Shown piece by piece: positions 16,304 through 26,593 of a stretch of DNA of 32,000 nt. The stretch comes from Candidatus Electronema halotolerans (lineage in GTDB: Bacteria; Desulfobacterota; Desulfobulbia; Desulfobulbales; Desulfobulbaceae), in the NCBI GenBank assembly GCA_942493095.1, contig OW818675.1:3090001-3122000 (forward strand), read 5' to 3'. The notes under the pieces were generated by a model. The model ran no database searches, had not been told where the DNA came from, and was given only the letters and a program-made list of their open reading frames with translations. The number at the start of each line of letters is the position of its first letter. The stretch's first letter is position 1. The position numbers and the translations under genes are program-made.

Positions 16304-19300
16304 TCAGGCTTGAGGAGCCTGCAAGCCCATAATCACCTCGACGTGATGCTCCCGGCGGTCGTCCACAAGAGGGAGCATAGCCTGCCGCTGCTCGGTATTA
16401 TCCAGCACGATGCCATCGGCTGTCACCCGGATCGCCTGCTCCGACGTTTCATCCGCGCTCCTGATGGTGATGTGATACACCGTCTCACGATAACGGTAAT
16501 GGATTTTATAGGACTCCCAATGGTCTGGGATGCACGGTGCAATGAGGAGGTGATCCCCTTCCCGCCGCAGCCCCAGGAGTGTTTCCACGGTCAGCCGGTA
16601 CATCCAACTTGCTGCTCCGGTGTACCAGGTCCAGCCGCCTCGACCGGTGTGCGGCGGCGCCCCGTATATATCCGCGCCCATGACATACGGCTCGACCTTA
16701 TAGCGTTCGACTTCCGCAGGCCCGCTGCCGTGGTTGACAGGATTGATCATGGCGAACAGTTCCCAGGCGCGTTTCCTGTCACCCATCATGGCAAAGGCCA
16801 TCGCGGTCCAGATCGCGGCATGGGTATATTGGCCGCCGTTCTCGCGCACACCGGGCACGTAGCCTTTGATATAGCCGGGTTCAAGATCCGAGGTGTCAAA
16901 GGGCGGGGTCAGCAGCCGGATTAACTGCGCATCGCGTTGCACCAGATGTTTATCCACCGCCTTCATGGCCTGCTCGGCACGTCCGGGGTCGCCGCCGCCG
17001 GAAATGACTGCCCAGCTCTGGCTGATGGAATCAATCCGGCATTCGTCGTTGACAGACGAACCCAAGGGGGTGCCGTCATCGAAATAGGCCCGCCGATACC
17101 AGCCGCCGTCCCAAGCATTGGCCTCAATGTTGGCACGCAGCAGGGCCGCCTGTTCAGTGCAGACTTGAGCAAAGGCCGCATCGTTTCGGCTGCGTGCCAG
17201 ATCAGCAAACAGCCCAAGGTTGTCGTAGAGAAACCAGCCCAGCCAAACGCTCTCGCCCTTGCCGTCACGACCGACGAGATTCATGCCGTCGTTCCAGTCG
17301 CCGCAGCCCATCAGCGGTAATTGATGCTCACCCAGGCGCAAGCCGTGTTTGATTGCACGGACACAATGCTCATAGAGGCTGGCCTGTTCAGTCGAGCGTT
17401 GCGGATAGTCGAAATGAGCCTCTTCTTCGGGATTCAGCTCGCGACCTTCCAGAAAATGCACTGACTCGTCAAGCACCCCGGTATCGCCGGTCGCCAGCAC
17501 ATAATGACAGGTTGCATAGGGCAGCCACAGGTAGTCATCGGAAAAATGGGTGCGCACGCCCTGTCCGTCGGGTGGATGCCACCAGTGCTGCACATCACCC
17601 TGGAGGAACTGGCGTTCGGCGCAACGGATCAACTGCTCGCGGGCGAGCCACGGGGCTGCATGGACTAGGGCCATAGTGTCCTGCAATTGATCGCGGAAAC
17701 CATAGGCTCCGCCGGACTGATAATACCCGCTCCGGCCCCAGAGCCTGCTGGACAGGGTTTGATAGATCAGCCAGCCGTTGGCCAGCACGTTCAAGGCTGC
17801 ATCCGGTGTATCCACGTTCACCGCGCCCAAGGTGCGGTTCCAGTATTCCCACACTGATTCCAATGCCAGCCGGGCACCGGCTGAACCGCTAAATCGCCGG
17901 ATGAAATCCTGCGCTTCGTCGGTGTTGCGGGCCGCGCCGAAGATGAAAACAATCTCACGCTCCTGGCCTTGGGCCAGTTCGATCCGGGTCTGGATTGCTG
18001 CGCATGGATCCAAACCGGCCCCTGTCCTGCCGGACAAACGCTTGCGCCGCATAGCCGCCGGGTCGGCCAGTGTGCCGTTGCGGCCGATGAACCCTGTACG
18101 GTTTCCGCTCACCGTGCGGGCAAGCTCGCTGACCTGGACAAAGACGACCCGATCTCCACATTCGCGACCGTAAGCATTGCGGGCGAAGAGCGCCCCGCTG
18201 TGCGGATCCGTTTCGGTGACAATGTGCATCAGATTGGTGTGCCGCCATTCACCCAGCACCAGCTCCCAATAGCCGGTCAGTGATACTTGACGCGGGCGTT
18301 TTGACGTATTGCGAAGTGTTATGACCGCAAACTTCACCGGAGCGTCCATGGCAACGTAGGTGAACAGTTCCGAGGAAATACCGGCTTCCTCATGCTCGAA
18401 CACGGAGTACCCGAAGCCGTGCCGACAGACATACCCGGACCGTCCACGGGCAGGCAAGGGCATCGGCGACCAGAAGGCTCCTGTTTCCTCGTCCCGGATG
18501 TAGAACGCCTCGCCGCTGCTGTCGCAGATGGGGTCGTTGTGCCAGGCGGTCAAGCGGAATTCGTGCGCATTTTCCACCCAGGTATAGGCACTGCCGCTCT
18601 CGCTGACCACGGTGCCGATATGCGGGCTGGCAATGACATTGACCCAAGGTGCCGGCGTATTCTGATCAGGTTCAAGGGTGATGATGTATTCGTGGCCATC
18701 GGGCGTGAACCCACCGAAACCATTGTAGAAAATTCGTTCGCGGGCTGACAGCGGATGAACAGTTTCAGCTGCGGGCTGCTGCAAGGGCGCCAGATTATCC
18801 GGCATGCGCTTCAGCGACACACGGCGATTCATCTGCTCGATCAAGGTCTCGGCGGTATCGGTGAAGACAATGCGGGCGACTGTCTGAAACAACACCCGGT
18901 CTTCTTCGGAAAGCTCATCGGCGCGCCGGACAAAGACCCCTCCCGGCTTCTCGAACATCTGCGCTTCCTGACCGGCGTTGATCAGCCCCATGATCCGGTC
19001 GTGCAGAACCGCCCGGTAGCCGGAAAAATCCTCGTTCACTATCACCAAATCCGCGATCAATCCTTTCTTCCGCCAATAGGCATGGGCTTGCAGCATCTGT
19101 TTGACCAGATTGATGCGGTTTATGTCGCTGATGTGTATCAGGACAATGGGCAGATCCCCTGAAATGGCAAAGCGCCAAAGCCCGGACTGACCAAGCCGGT
19201 TGCGGGCAATGATGCCGGATGCGGCGCGGCACCGGGCATTGCTGTAAATGATTGAAGCGGCCAGGCGGCCGAAGAGTTGCGCATCAACTTCGGTTGCGCC

Positions 19301-22300
19301 CAGGTTGCGCAAGACCTCCTGACTTTGGAACCATGCCATGTCAAAGGCGCGCTCAACAAAATGCCGGTCGCAATACTTGTCAAGCAAGGCCAAGGCCGCC
19401 TCCCGCGTGTCCGCGACACCGGAGATGATCTGCACGGTCGCGGATTCGTCGGAAGACAAGGTGATGGTGCGGCGGATAGCGACGATGGGATCAAGCACCG
19501 AACCATCAGTATTTGACAACATCGACGGCCCGGTCTTCTCCATGACCACCGGGTTGGCCGGAGTTCGCCCTCGACCGATAAATCGGGCGCGGTCTGTCTC
19601 GAAAGACGGCTCGTCGGCAATCGTGCCGGGTGCTGCCAACAGGTGAAACATCCACGGCACCTGCTCTCCCGGTGTGCGGCGGCGGCGGGTGCAGAGGATC
19701 GCTTGTCGGTCGGCAAGAATTTCGGTCTGCACAAACAGATTGCTGAAAGAACGGTGGGCCAGGTCGGTATTCAACGGCGCCAGGACGACCTCTGCGTAAC
19801 TCGTCGTCTCGATATGACGGGTACGACTCGACTTATTCGTAAGCGTAACCCGACGAATTTCGACATCGTCTTCAGGTGAAACGCTGATCTCGGTGTACGC
19901 TTCAACAGCCTGATCGCAGCGCCGGTATTCAGCCCGCGCCTGCACAAAAATCGCCTCGTAATGATCAGCCTTGCGCAAAGTCGGTTGATGTGCGGTTGAC
20001 CAATAACGACCGGTGTCGCGGTCCCGCAAATAAATAAATGTTCCCCAGCAATCGGAAGTCACGTCTTCGCGCCAGCGGGTGACAGCCATATCCCGCCAGC
20101 AGCTATACCCTCCGCCGGCATTGGTCGCCATAACGTGGTACCTGCCGTTGGACAAGAGGTGAACTTCAGGTGTCGGCGTGTCCGGGTCAGTAAAGACGCG
20201 CATGATCTCACCTGCTTCAGCGGGGGAGGGATGCTCGGCGGCACTCACTTCCGCTGCATGAGGGTGCAGGGTGGATTCTTTTTTCGGCACCCGCTCCTGC
20301 AATAATAATTCCGTCGCCCGGACAAGAGGGTCGGACATAAATCGGCGCTGCATCGGCCGGTTGAGCAAGACGTGAGCAAAAGACAGCAGGCTCATTCCTT
20401 GATGATGCGCCATGAAGGTACGGACAACGGCGTGATTCTTCCCTCGCGGCACCCGGGACGGCGTGTAATCCACGGCATCGTAAAAGCCGCAGCTGCCGAG
20501 AAACCCGTTGGCTGCCAGCGTCTGCAAGTTGCGGCACGCTGCCTGCGGCATCACTGTCAGTGCCAGTGCGCTGGCGTAAGGAGCAATGACCAAGTCGTCT
20601 CCCAGCCCGCGTTTGAGGCCCAAACCGGGAACGCCGAAGGCCCTGTATTGATAGACCTGATGTATATCCCTGGCATTATAACAGGACTCGGAAATGCCCC
20701 ACGGCACAGCGCGTTGCCGACCATATTCTATCTGGCGGGACACGGCGGCCTTGCAGGCCTGCGCCAACAAGGTGTTCTCGTAACTCGGCATGATCAGTGC
20801 CGGCATGAGGTATTCAAACATCGAACCGCTCCACGAAATCAAGCTCACATCACCCCCGTGACTTGTCAGCAGGCGACCGAGTGAGAACCAATGCTTCTGC
20901 GGCACTTGGCCCTGTGAGATGAGCAGAAAACTGGTCAGCCGCGCTTCTGATGCCAGCAGGTCGTAGCAGCCCGGATCGCTCCGCCGTTCGCCCGCATCGT
21001 AACCTATGGTCAGCAGGGAGCGTGACGTATCGTAGAGAAATTCAAAGTCCATTTCCGCAAGATTGCGGCAACGATGCACCAGATCGTCGATAATGCCGAG
21101 CCGAGCCGCCGCGCCCTGACAGCACGCTCCTGCGGCTGAGGTTTCCTCGGTCGATCCGGCTGGTTCCGCCAATTCCGCCAATGTCGGGATGTTACTGAGC
21201 TGCCGCGCTGCCGGTGCAAAAAAATTCAGGTCATCCCGAAGAGCTTGCAATTGCCGGTCAAATGCCTTTGCCCAGTAATAAAGCTCTCCGTCAGTATCAA
21301 TATCCGTCGGCAGGCACGAAACCAGTTCCCCGCCAAGACGGTGCATCTCATCCAGCAGAATTTCGGCGGCAGCCAGTGTCCGGGGCTGGCCGGTGAGCGT
21401 GTATGAGCGGACTGTATCCAGCAGCACCTTGATCTTTTTTGCAAGATCAGGATATTGCGAAGAGGAAATCTGTTCAGCGAAGACCTCCAAGGTGTCCTGT
21501 AATCCAAAAAAAGCATTTAATGACAACACCGGTTGGTTTTTTAATTCGACCAATCCCGCTTGCAGGGTGACTAAGCTGCCGACCAGATTGCCGCTGTCCA
21601 CCGAAGAAATATATTGCGGACGCAGCTGTTGCAGTGTTCGCGTGTCGTACCAGTTGTAAAAATGGCCGCAATAACGCTCCAGCTTTTCCATGGTGGTCAA
21701 GGTGTTTTCGGTCAGCTGCAGGAATTCTCCGGCGGCAATGTAACCGAAATCGTATGCGGCCAGGTTGGCAAGCAAGGACATGCCGATATTCGTGGGCGAG
21801 GTCCGCGAGGCAATGGTTGGAACCGGATGTTCCTGAAAGTTGTCGGGCGGCAGCCAGTTGTCCTCTGGCCCGACAAAATCCGCAAAGAAACGCCAGGTTC
21901 GCCTGGCCGACATCCGCAGGAATGACCGTTGCTCATCGCTTAAATCCGGTGAGGGTGACAATAGCGGCCTACTGATCCACCAGCCGACCATTGGCGATGC
22001 CAGCCAGAGCAGCAGGACGGGCGCGGTGAAGAGCAGCTCTGCCGAAAGGCAGCCTGCCATCAATGCCAACGTCAAGCCTAATCCCGCCGCCAGAACCGGT
22101 GCAATCCACATCTCGATAAAAAAATCAGCCCAGGAGCGACGCGCATTGCGTCGTGCATAGGACGGCAAATGCCAGAGCAATAATCCACTTTGCGTGAACA
22201 GCATCCTCACCCCCGAACGCAGGATTGCATCTAAGCAAATCAGCGTGTCATAAGGCAAAAAAACTATGGTCAGCAAAGCAAGCACAATCGGGCGGCCTGT

Positions 22301-25015
22301 GGATTTGCCGGTCACGATCAGGTGCATCGGCCAGGCACGTTCTTCGGGCTTACGGATGAGTTCAATCACTGCTCCCAGCAAGGACGGCAGAAATAATACA
22401 GCCGCGACGAACAAGGTCCAGAACCATGCCGATCCCGGACCGAACAGCCACCCGCCGACCAGCAAGGCAAATAGTGCCGGTGATACGAGACTGCGGCGCA
22501 GGTTGTCAAAAATTTTCCACACCGACAAGGTGCTGAGTGGGTTCGATTGCCGCGTTGCCTTTGCGCCGCATGACTCGGATGAGCCGGACGGTCCGAGCAC
22601 ACGAGGCAGCAGCCAGCCCGCAAGCTGCCAGTCGCCGCGTATCCAACGATGTCGTCGGCTGGCCTCCATAACGTAACTGGCCGGGTGTTCTTCAAGAAGA
22701 TCAACATCAGTCACCAACGCCGAACGCGCATAACCGCTTTCCAGCAAATCGTGACTGAGAATGAGATTCTCTGGAAAGCGTCCATCCACGGCCTGACGAA
22801 ATGCGTCCACATCATAGATGCCCTTGCCGACAAACGACCCCTCGCCGAAAATATCCTGATAGACATCTGATATTTCGCGAGTGTAGGGGTCAAGGCCTGC
22901 TTCACCGGCGAACAGCTTGGTGAACCGTGACTGGCCTGCGCTGATCAGACTGATCGAAGCGCGGGGTTGGAGAATTGCATAGCCTTGGACAACGCGCCCC
23001 TTGTCGGAATCATAAACAGGTCGATTCAGAGGATGGGCAATGTTGCCGATCAGAGTGCGGGCTGCGTCGCGGGGCAGTTGCGTGTCCGTATCCAGCGTGA
23101 TGACATACTTAATCGAAGGGAAAATGGAAGGATCACCGACAATATCAGAGAATGCAGTTTGCCCTTCGCCACGCAGCACACTGTTGAACTGCTCCAATTT
23201 GCCGCGCTTGCGCTCATATCCCATCCATATTTGTTCATACGGGTTCCAAACCCTGGGGCGGTGAAACAGATAGAAAATGCACGGGCGATCTTCGCTATAG
23301 GTCTTGTTGAGCACCTGGATTGCTTTGCGGGCGTAGGAGATCAGAGCGTCATCGTCCGGCAGAGTGCGTTCGGACGCATCATGGAAATCCGTCAGCAGGG
23401 CAAAGAACAGATGCGGATCGCGATTGCCGAGATAGCGGATTTCCAAGGCTTCGAGAAGATCATCAACGTCCTGCCGACTGCCCAGCAAAGTCGGGACAAT
23501 GACCATAGTGCGGTGAACAAATGGAATGCCTTTGGAAAAATCCAATCGCGGCAGGGCGCGAGGCGGCATGAGAAGCGTCGCCAATCGGTTCACCAATGGC
23601 ACGGCCAAGGCGGTGGAGCTGATTATGCCGGTGATCGCAAAAAAACAGAAACGCCAGACACCTGATACGAGTCCGTTGAACGAGGAAAGGACGACAGATG
23701 TCGCCAAGGCGGTGAGCAACAGGACAGGGCCGAGGAAAAGGCCAAGGCGGAAAGATCGGCTCGCTCGGCGGATTCGTGATTTCCATGACGAACGACATCC
23801 GACCGCCTGTTCCAGTGCCGGTCGTCCGTGATCGATCAGATAAAAACCGACATGCGCGGTGCGGTCATCAGTCCCGGATTGTTCTGCGGCAGTCCGGGCT
23901 AAGGCAACGGCTTGACGCGCCACCGCCAACTCACTGTGTGAGCTGCCTTTTGCCACGTCTTCGATGACATGCCGGTACCGGTCGCGGGTGGCGAAATCCT
24001 GGTCGGCATGTATCCCTGCCGGGTCGTCACGCAATGTCTGCTCGACGACACTCTGCGACTCGACAAAATCACTCCAGTCCATTGCGCCGATGAAACGCAG
24101 ACTGCCGATGCTGTTGGCGATGGAAATCTGGTTTGCCGCTGCTGTTCGTCCGGCCGCTGCCGACAACTGCGTTGCCGTCACCCCCTGTTCGAGGAGTTTC
24201 TGTTCGACCCAGGCTTGCACAAAGGACATAGCAGACCCCTGCGCCTGGAGTCTCTCGTAAAATTCCTCCACAAACGGCGCGGTCAGAGGCACATCGGCAT
24301 TGGCGAATTCGGCAAGCAGCTGGATAAGCTGTTTCGGTTCCCGTGCAGCCGTGACGAGCATGCGGTCGGCCCAGGTGACGGCCGCGTCGAGTTCCTCGCG
24401 CCGACGGGCGATAAGCCACCCGATCCGGCGAAGGTTTTCCAGCAGCGCCAGGCGCAGCATGATCGGGAAAGCCCACAATTCTCCCAGCATTAAGGGTTCA
24501 ACGGTCTGGTATGCGGCAATGAATTGGCTGGTGTTGTCGCTGTCGACACGACCGTCCATGTGTGAGATCAGCTCCAAAGCCAAGTCATAGATGCGGGGAA
24601 AACCGGCTGACAGGCCGTCGGCCAGTCGCGGCAACTGACGACTATACCCGCGCGGCAGATGCCGACGCGCTAAACTGATCTGCTGTTCAATGAGATAAAA
24701 ATTGTCGAGCAGCCATGCCTCTGCCGGGACGATCCGTTGTCCCGGTGCTGCTGCTGTCACAACATCATACGCCATCAGGAGAACGCGTTCATTGTCAGCC
24801 AGCCGGTGCAGCAATTTGTCCGGCCCGGGACGCGGTTCGATTGTATGCTGGCCGGCCAGCAGTGCCGCGTGACGCTTCAGTTGTCCGATGCTGAACAGCT
24901 CCGAGCGCAGCAACTCAGTATTTCCGCCGCTGTGTGGTGTATTCCGTGTGTATGTCGAGGATTCAAACTCTTTGATGACTATCTCCTTGCGCGAAGTGTA
25001 GGGGGCATGGCACAA
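16304..25015 (-). CDS. ndvB: Cyclic beta-1,2-glucan synthase (NdvB/ChvB/Cgs type: membrane GT84 domain, cyclisation region and GH94 phosphorylase-like domain)
   Basis: 2903 aa, the size class of Cgs/ChvB/NdvB. The N-terminal part has WLLDNFYLIEQQISLARRHLPRGYSRQLPRL. Transmembrane segments flank a GT domain with ITLDTDTQLPRD (DxD) and SRRHRWIRGDWQL. The C-terminal part has the GH94 motifs GFRDQLQD, CGDWNDGMN and ENGGQYTHAA. The start is uncertain: TTG at 25015 has an SD that is too close (see findings). Confidence 0.9.
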   Translation of the reverse strand: MCHAPYTSRKEIVIKEFESSTYTRNTPHSGGNTELLRSELFSIGQLKRHAALLAGQHTIEPRPGPDKLLHRLADNERVLLMAYDVVTAAAPGQRIVPAEAWLLDNFYLIEQQISLARRHLPRGYSRQLPRLADGLSAGFPRIYDLALELISHMDGRVDSDNTSQFIAAYQTVEPLMLGELWAFPIMLRLALLENLRRIGWLIARRREELDAAVTWADRMLVTAAREPKQLIQLLAEFANADVPLTAPFVEEFYERLQAQGSAMSFVQAWVEQKLLEQGVTATQLSAAAGRTAAANQISIANSIGSLRFIGAMDWSDFVESQSVVEQTLRDDPAGIHADQDFATRDRYRHVIEDVAKGSSHSELAVARQAVALARTAAEQSGTDDRTAHVGFYLIDHGRPALEQAVGCRSSWKSRIRRASRSFRLGLFLGPVLLLTALATSVVLSSFNGLVSGVWRFCFFAITGIISSTALAVPLVNRLATLLMPPRALPRLDFSKGIPFVHRTMVIVPTLLGSRQDVDDLLEALEIRYLGNRDPHLFFALLTDFHDASERTLPDDDALISYARKAIQVLNKTYSEDRPCIFYLFHRPRVWNPYEQIWMGYERKRGKLEQFNSVLRGEGQTAFSDIVGDPSIFPSIKYVITLDTDTQLPRDAARTLIGNIAHPLNRPVYDSDKGRVVQGYAILQPRASISLISAGQSRFTKLFAGEAGLDPYTREISDVYQDIFGEGSFVGKGIYDVDAFRQAVDGRFPENLILSHDLLESGYARSALVTDVDLLEEHPASYVMEASRRHRWIRGDWQLAGWLLPRVLGPSGSSESCGAKATRQSNPLSTLSVWKIFDNLRRSLVSPALFALLVGGWLFGPGSAWFWTLFVAAVLFLPSLLGAVIELIRKPEERAWPMHLIVTGKSTGRPIVLALLTIVFLPYDTLICLDAILRSGVRMLFTQSGLLLWHLPSYARRNARRSWADFFIEMWIAPVLAAGLGLTLALMAGCLSAELLFTAPVLLLWLASPMVGWWISRPLLSPSPDLSDEQRSFLRMSARRTWRFFADFVGPEDNWLPPDNFQEHPVPTIASRTSPTNIGMSLLANLAAYDFGYIAAGEFLQLTENTLTTMEKLERYCGHFYNWYDTRTLQQLRPQYISSVDSGNLVGSLVTLQAGLVELKNQPVLSLNAFFGLQDTLEVFAEQISSSQYPDLAKKIKVLLDTVRSYTLTGQPRTLAAAEILLDEMHRLGGELVSCLPTDIDTDGELYYWAKAFDRQLQALRDDLNFFAPAARQLSNIPTLAELAEPAGSTEETSAAGACCQGAAARLGIIDDLVHRCRNLAEMDFEFLYDTSRSLLTIGYDAGERRSDPGCYDLLASEARLTSFLLISQGQVPQKHWFSLGRLLTSHGGDVSLISWSGSMFEYLMPALIMPSYENTLLAQACKAAVSRQIEYGRQRAVPWGISESCYNARDIHQVYQYRAFGVPGLGLKRGLGDDLVIAPYASALALTVMPQAACRNLQTLAANGFLGSCGFYDAVDYTPSRVPRGKNHAVVRTFMAHHQGMSLLSFAHVLLNRPMQRRFMSDPLVRATELLLQERVPKKESTLHPHAAEVSAAEHPSPAEAGEIMRVFTDPDTPTPEVHLLSNGRYHVMATNAGGGYSCWRDMAVTRWREDVTSDCWGTFIYLRDRDTGRYWSTAHQPTLRKADHYEAIFVQARAEYRRCDQAVEAYTEISVSPEDDVEIRRVTLTNKSSRTRHIETTSYAEVVLAPLNTDLAHRSFSNLFVQTEILADRQAILCTRRRRTPGEQVPWMFHLLAAPGTIADEPSFETDRARFIGRGRTPANPVVMEKTGPSMLSNTDGSVLDPIVAIRRTITLSSDESATVQIISGVADTREAALALLDKYCDRHFVERAFDMAWFQSQEVLRNLGATEVDAQLFGRLAASIIYSNARCRAASGIIARNRLGQSGLWRFAISGDLPIVLIHISDINRINLVKQMLQAHAYWRKKGLIADLVIVNEDFSGYRAVLHDRIMGLINAGQEAQMFEKPGGVFVRRADELSEEDRVLFQTVARIVFTDTAETLIEQMNRRVSLKRMPDNLAPLQQPAAETVHPLSARERIFYNGFGGFTPDGHEYIITLEPDQNTPAPWVNVIASPHIGTVVSESGSAYTWVENAHEFRLTAWHNDPICDSSGEAFYIRDEETGAFWSPMPLPARGRSGYVCRHGFGYSVFEHEEAGISSELFTYVAMDAPVKFAVITLRNTSKRPRQVSLTGYWELVLGEWRHTNLMHIVTETDPHSGALFARNAYGRECGDRVVFVQVSELARTVSGNRTGFIGRNGTLADPAAMRRKRLSGRTGAGLDPCAAIQTRIELAQGQEREIVFIFGAARNTDEAQDFIRRFSGSAGARLALESVWEYWNRTLGAVNVDTPDAALNVLANGWLIYQTLSSRLWGRSGYYQSGGAYGFRDQLQDTMALVHAAPWLAREQLIRCAERQFLQGDVQHWWHPPDGQGVRTHFSDDYLWLPYATCHYVLATGDTGVLDESVHFLEGRELNPEEEAHFDYPQRSTEQASLYEHCVRAIKHGLRLGEHQLPLMGCGDWNDGMNLVGRDGKGESVWLGWFLYDNLGLFADLARSRNDAAFAQVCTEQAALLRANIEANAWDGGWYRRAYFDDGTPLGSSVNDECRIDSISQSWAVISGGGDPGRAEQAMKAVDKHLVQRDAQLIRLLTPPFDTSDLEPGYIKGYVPGVRENGGQYTHAAIWTAMAFAMMGDRKRAWELFAMINPVNHGSGPAEVERYKVEPYVMGADIYGAPPHTGRGGWTWYTGAASWMYRLTVETLLGLRREGDHLLIAPCIPDHWESYKIHYRYRETVYHITIRSADETSEQAIRVTADGIVLDNTEQRQAMLPLVDDRREHHVEVIMGLQAPQA

Positions 25016-25379
25016 CCCTCATTAAAAAATACACCAACTGCTTTTATTCCATAAGCTGACAGCTGATTACCTGTTAATCATAATTTTACAACTCTGCTTT
25101 GACAGGTGTTGAGGCATCAGGAAATAATGGCCTGTTTCGTTCGAGGCGGGGCAATCTGGAATTGAGTTCGGCATGTATTTTCATATTGTGAGATTAACAC
25201 GGCATCCTTCCGAAGGAAAGCATATTCAGCAGTTGGATTCTACGTACCTTGGGAACGGGAATTAAATACCTGCACGCCTCTTTCTCACGCCCGAACAGTT
25301 TGCTTTCAATCAAATTGCCGGGCAGTGCCGCGCAGTTGACCGTGATCAGCGCGGACTCATGGATTGGCGGCAGAGGAGT

Positions 25380-25405
25380 AAGGGCGGCCTCCTGTGGCCG
25401 CCCTT
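25380..25405 (-). terminator. GC-rich hairpin downstream of potD (possible pot operon terminator)
   Basis: It has a perfect 10-bp stem, AAGGGCGGCC / GGCCGCCCTT, with a 6-nt loop, and lies 68 nt past the potD stop. The trailing sequence on the minus strand (ACUCCUCUGCC) is pyrimidine-rich but is not a clean U-tract. Confidence 0.35.
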
Positions 25406-25472
25406 GGTATGTCCCGTCATGTCAGCGCGCGGTGAACGGACAGACGGGGTAGCCCTGTGAGCAATTGCGCAG

Positions 25473-26570
25473 CTATTCGCCGACAATAATATCCTGCCAG
25501 ACCTGATTGTAGTCCTTGAGCGACTCGCCAATATCTTCCTTGAACTCAGAGCGGGCCAGATCAGCAATCTCATAGTTCGGCTTGACCTGCATCAGGTCAC
25601 GGGCCGGAACATTGATGGACGGCAGCATGAGAAAGTCAGCAATCTGGGCATACACCTTTGGCTCATGAATATAGTTCATGAAGGTGTAGGCAATGTCCTT
25701 GTTCTTGGCTGTCTTGAGCATGACCATGTTGTCCATGTACATGGCACTGCCCTCTTTAGGAATGAAAAAGGCCACATCTTTCTTGGCTGCATCGTCTAAC
25801 TCAAGAAAGATATTTTCTTGATAGCCTTGCACCACCCAAAATTCACCCGCAGCAAAGCCTTTGCCAAAGGATTCTGCGTCAAACTTGACGATGTTCTTTT
25901 TCCACTGTTTGACTAAGTCCTTTGCCTTTTGCAGCTCCTCAAGGTTCTTGGTGTTGACTGAATAGCCCAATGTCACCAATGCGGCTCCCAGCACCTCGCG
26001 CATGTCGTCCAGCATGGTCATGCGGCCTTTCAAATCTTCCCGGTTGAAGATTGACCAGCTCTTGTCAAAATCTTTGACAAACTTGGTATTCACAGCCACG
26101 CCTGCCGCGCCCATCATGTACGGAACAGAATACTTTGACCCTTCATCAAAATGAATCTTAGCCAGCACCTCTGGATCAATGTTCTGGAAGTTAGGCACTT
26201 TTGCTTTATCAATCTCTTCCAGCATGTTCTCCTTGATCATGATGGAAACATAATCCCCAGAGGGAAAGACCAAATCATAGCCGCTGCCGCCCGCCTTCAG
26301 TTTGGTGAACATCTCCTCATTGGAGGAGTACATATCATAAACAACTTTGACCTTGTATTCCTGTTCAAAGTCTTTGATCACCTGATCAGGAATGTAATAG
26401 GTCCAGTTGTAGATGTACAGCGTCTTGTTTGTGTCTTGTTGTGGAGCAGGCGTTTGCGCCGCCTTATGTTCGGCTGAAGCCTCTTTCTTTTCTCCTTCTG
26501 AACATCCGCAAACAGCCATGCTGACAAATGCTGCTGCCAGCAGCATGAGCAAGGTTCCCTTTCTCATCAA
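25473..26570 (-). CDS. potD: Spermidine/putrescine ABC transporter substrate-binding protein (lipoprotein-type signal peptide)
   Basis: 365 aa. The N-terminus MMRKGTLLMLLAAAFVSMAVCGCSEG has a signal peptide with a lipobox-like VCGC. The region LYIYNWTYYIPDQVIKDFEQEYKVKVVYDMYSSNEEMFTKLKAGGSGYDLVFPSGDY matches the PotD/PotF family pattern. Confidence 0.85.
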   Translation of the reverse strand: MMRKGTLLMLLAAAFVSMAVCGCSEGEKKEASAEHKAAQTPAPQQDTNKTLYIYNWTYYIPDQVIKDFEQEYKVKVVYDMYSSNEEMFTKLKAGGSGYDLVFPSGDYVSIMIKENMLEEIDKAKVPNFQNIDPEVLAKIHFDEGSKYSVPYMMGAAGVAVNTKFVKDFDKSWSIFNREDLKGRMTMLDDMREVLGAALVTLGYSVNTKNLEELQKAKDLVKQWKKNIVKFDAESFGKGFAAGEFWVVQGYQENIFLELDDAAKKDVAFFIPKEGSAMYMDNMVMLKTAKNKDIAYTFMNYIHEPKVYAQIADFLMLPSINVPARDLMQVKPNYEIADLARSEFKEDIGESLKDYNQVWQDIIVGE

Positions 26571-26593
26571 ACCACCTTTTAGTGAAGTAATTG

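Noticed and set aside
16058-16924. A long plus-strand ORF (288 aa) and many similar ones (e.g. 18755-19162, 20372-20884, 22967-23665, 23969-24493) antisense to the glucan synthase gene.
   Set aside because: They lie entirely inside a well-supported 2903-codon gene on the other strand. Their translations are Arg/Pro/Gly-rich and low in complexity, as expected for shadow ORFs in GC-rich coding DNA. No SD or family motifs are present.
25099-25128. A plus-strand promoter-like TTGACA-N18-AATAAT, with the small ORF 25249-25452 downstream.
   Set aside because: No credible plus-strand gene follows it: the 67-aa ORF has no SD and a poor composition. The region is the upstream leader and promoter zone of ndvB on the other strand. 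An sRNA or antisense transcript is possible but unsupported.
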